Assembly: GCF_028641065.1 (NCBI RefSeq)
Contig: NC_073390.1
Location: 37,200,001 to 37,264,000, forward strand
Source: Leucoraja erinacea
Taxonomy: Eukaryota
Length of the DNA stretch: 64,000 nt
Reading direction: 5' to 3'
Part shown: piece by piece, positions 62,496 to 64,000 of the stretch
How the letters are laid out: every line of letters begins with the position of its first letter
Numbering within the stretch: position 1 is the first letter of the stretch
The notes under the pieces: model-generated
What the model saw: the letters and a program-made list of their open reading frames with translations, nothing else
The model's database searches: none
What the model was told of the DNA's origin: nothing
Position numbers and translations under genes: made by a program

Positions 62496-63347
62496 TAGGA
62501 TGGGGATAAGCTGTAGACAGCATAGCGAGTGAGGGCATAGACTATAAAACATAGACAAAAGAATGAAGAAGTTGTGAAATGTAAAGCAGGGAGACACATC
62601 TAGCTGGTCAAGTTGGGCATGTCCTCCTCTCCCAGAGGGAACGAAAAAACAAACAAGCTGAGCCAAATTCAGAAGCATTTTATCAGAGGTTCAATGTTAC
62701 AGTCTTTGCATAAATTCGGCCAGGCTAGCCATACTAATGAAAAGTGTTCCGATTTAGAATGAATGAGTTTAAATAACAGAAGTGATTATACGCAGTTCGT
62801 TGGCTGAAAACCAGATGAAATGGCCATGAACAAGTACGAGAGGAGAGGGGATGGCGCCATGAATACTACAAACACTGATAAAGACTTGCCAGCTTTGGAA
62901 AGCTTAAGCCCAAGCAAGGAACATTGAATTTATGTGCTAGGCCATGGCAGGAAAATAGTTTATTAACAGAGAGAGAATATGAAGGATAGCAAGTTACTTG
63001 GTTTGATAAGAGGACTGCAAAATGCTCGACTTACTTGCTAAGAGTTTGAAACAAAAACAGGGATCGTGCTTGGAATGGTGGCTTGGTATCAAAAAATGTA
63101 TTAAAAATAATTAAAAATAAAGGAAGAAGGATTATTTACCCCACTCATGTCCTGAAGGCAAGGTCCAATGTGCAGGGAATATAAATACTTGTGAGATTTG
63201 TTACACTCTTGCATCTGACATTTAGCGTATGTTATTACATTCTGTAGATTTGAACCAACATCGACATTTGGTTTCCAGACAAAACAAGTAATTATCAGCA
63301 TGCTCCAACATACAAAAGGACTGTGAGACCAAAAACAATGACTGCCT

Positions 63348-63728
63348 TAGAGAGAGTTAGAGAGATGGAGAGGGAGAAGGAGAAGGAGAAGGAGAGGGAG
63401 AGGGCGAGGGAGAGGGAGAGGGAGAGGGAGAGGAGAGGAGAAGGAGAGGGGAGGGGGGAGAGGGGGGGAGGGAGAGAGTGGGAAGGGGTGGGGGAGAGAG
63501 GGAGGGAGAGAGAGAGAGAGAGGGAGGGAGAGAGGAGAGAGAGAGAGAGGGGGAGAGAGAGAGAGGGAGAGAGAGAGAGAGGGGGAGTTCGTTTTGTGTA
63601 TGACTTGATCTGTTGTATTATTTGATGTGGAGAGGGAGAGAGAGAGAGAGAAGAGAGGAGAGAGAGAGAGAGAGAAACAGAGAGAGAGGCGAGACAGAGC
63701 GGGTGCGGGAGAGAGAGAGAGAGAGAGC
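63348..63728. repeat. GA-rich microsatellite / polypurine tracts
   Basis: (GA)n, (GAGAAG)n and (GAGAGG)n are directly visible. Confidence 0.95.
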
Positions 63729-64000
63729 AGCAAGGTTAGTTTATTGAACTACGAAATCATTTCTTCCACGTGAGGTGTGGAGTGGGCAGAGGTAGGGAAT
63801 CCTTCTCACATATCCTCTCCTACCATTGGGGAAGAGCTGTCCATCTGACATCAGAGAGCACTCTTCATTTCCCAGATGGCCCACACATTGTGGTCATTGT
63901 TTAAAAAATAAGTTTTGAATTAAACTTTATCAAAGCGGTTATCATTCATGTTTCACCAGGAAATATTTTTCTGGTTCTTTCTCCAAAAATCCTTGACCTG

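Noticed and set aside
63323-63733. ER-rich and LS-rich ORFs
   Set aside because: They are translations of a GA microsatellite.
32000-64000. Exons of the expected syntenic neighbours (DAW1, SLC19A3) or inflammatory miRNAs (miR-146, miR-155)
   Set aside because: No matching sequence was recognised by eye. Small exons could have been missed, and a TBLASTN search is needed to exclude them.

Overview
Eukaryotic, repeat-rich DNA from a cartilaginous fish, most likely a skate or ray. This is inferred from HE1/V-type SINEs, CR1 and Rex1/Babar LINEs and Penelope-type terminal repeats. The supplied ORF track misses the real genes because their exons are short. Reading splice sites by hand shows a head-to-tail array of four intact 4-exon CC-chemokine genes on the + strand (copies A-D, ATGs at 8518, 15548, 22350 and 30290). 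They encode 100-101 aa CCL20-like proteins (DCCLAY...QKSNEICE.DAIIF.T...VCA.P...WVK...LSKK..KM). The 3' UTR of a fifth copy lies at the very start of the window. Each copy has an NF-kB-like site, an ETS-like site, a TATA box, an AU-rich 3' UTR and AATAAA. The 7-9.6 kb repeat units differ by nested transposon insertions and deletions, and the genes are mosaics of each other. From about 32 kb onward I find no recognisable host protein-coding gene. That half holds TE remnants, Penelope-associated minimal hammerhead-ribozyme motifs, candidate immune-type regulatory motifs and a speculative spliced non-coding transcript. There are three assembly gaps (21369-21587, 27974-28185, 42907-43091). TE boundaries were read by eye and are approximate.
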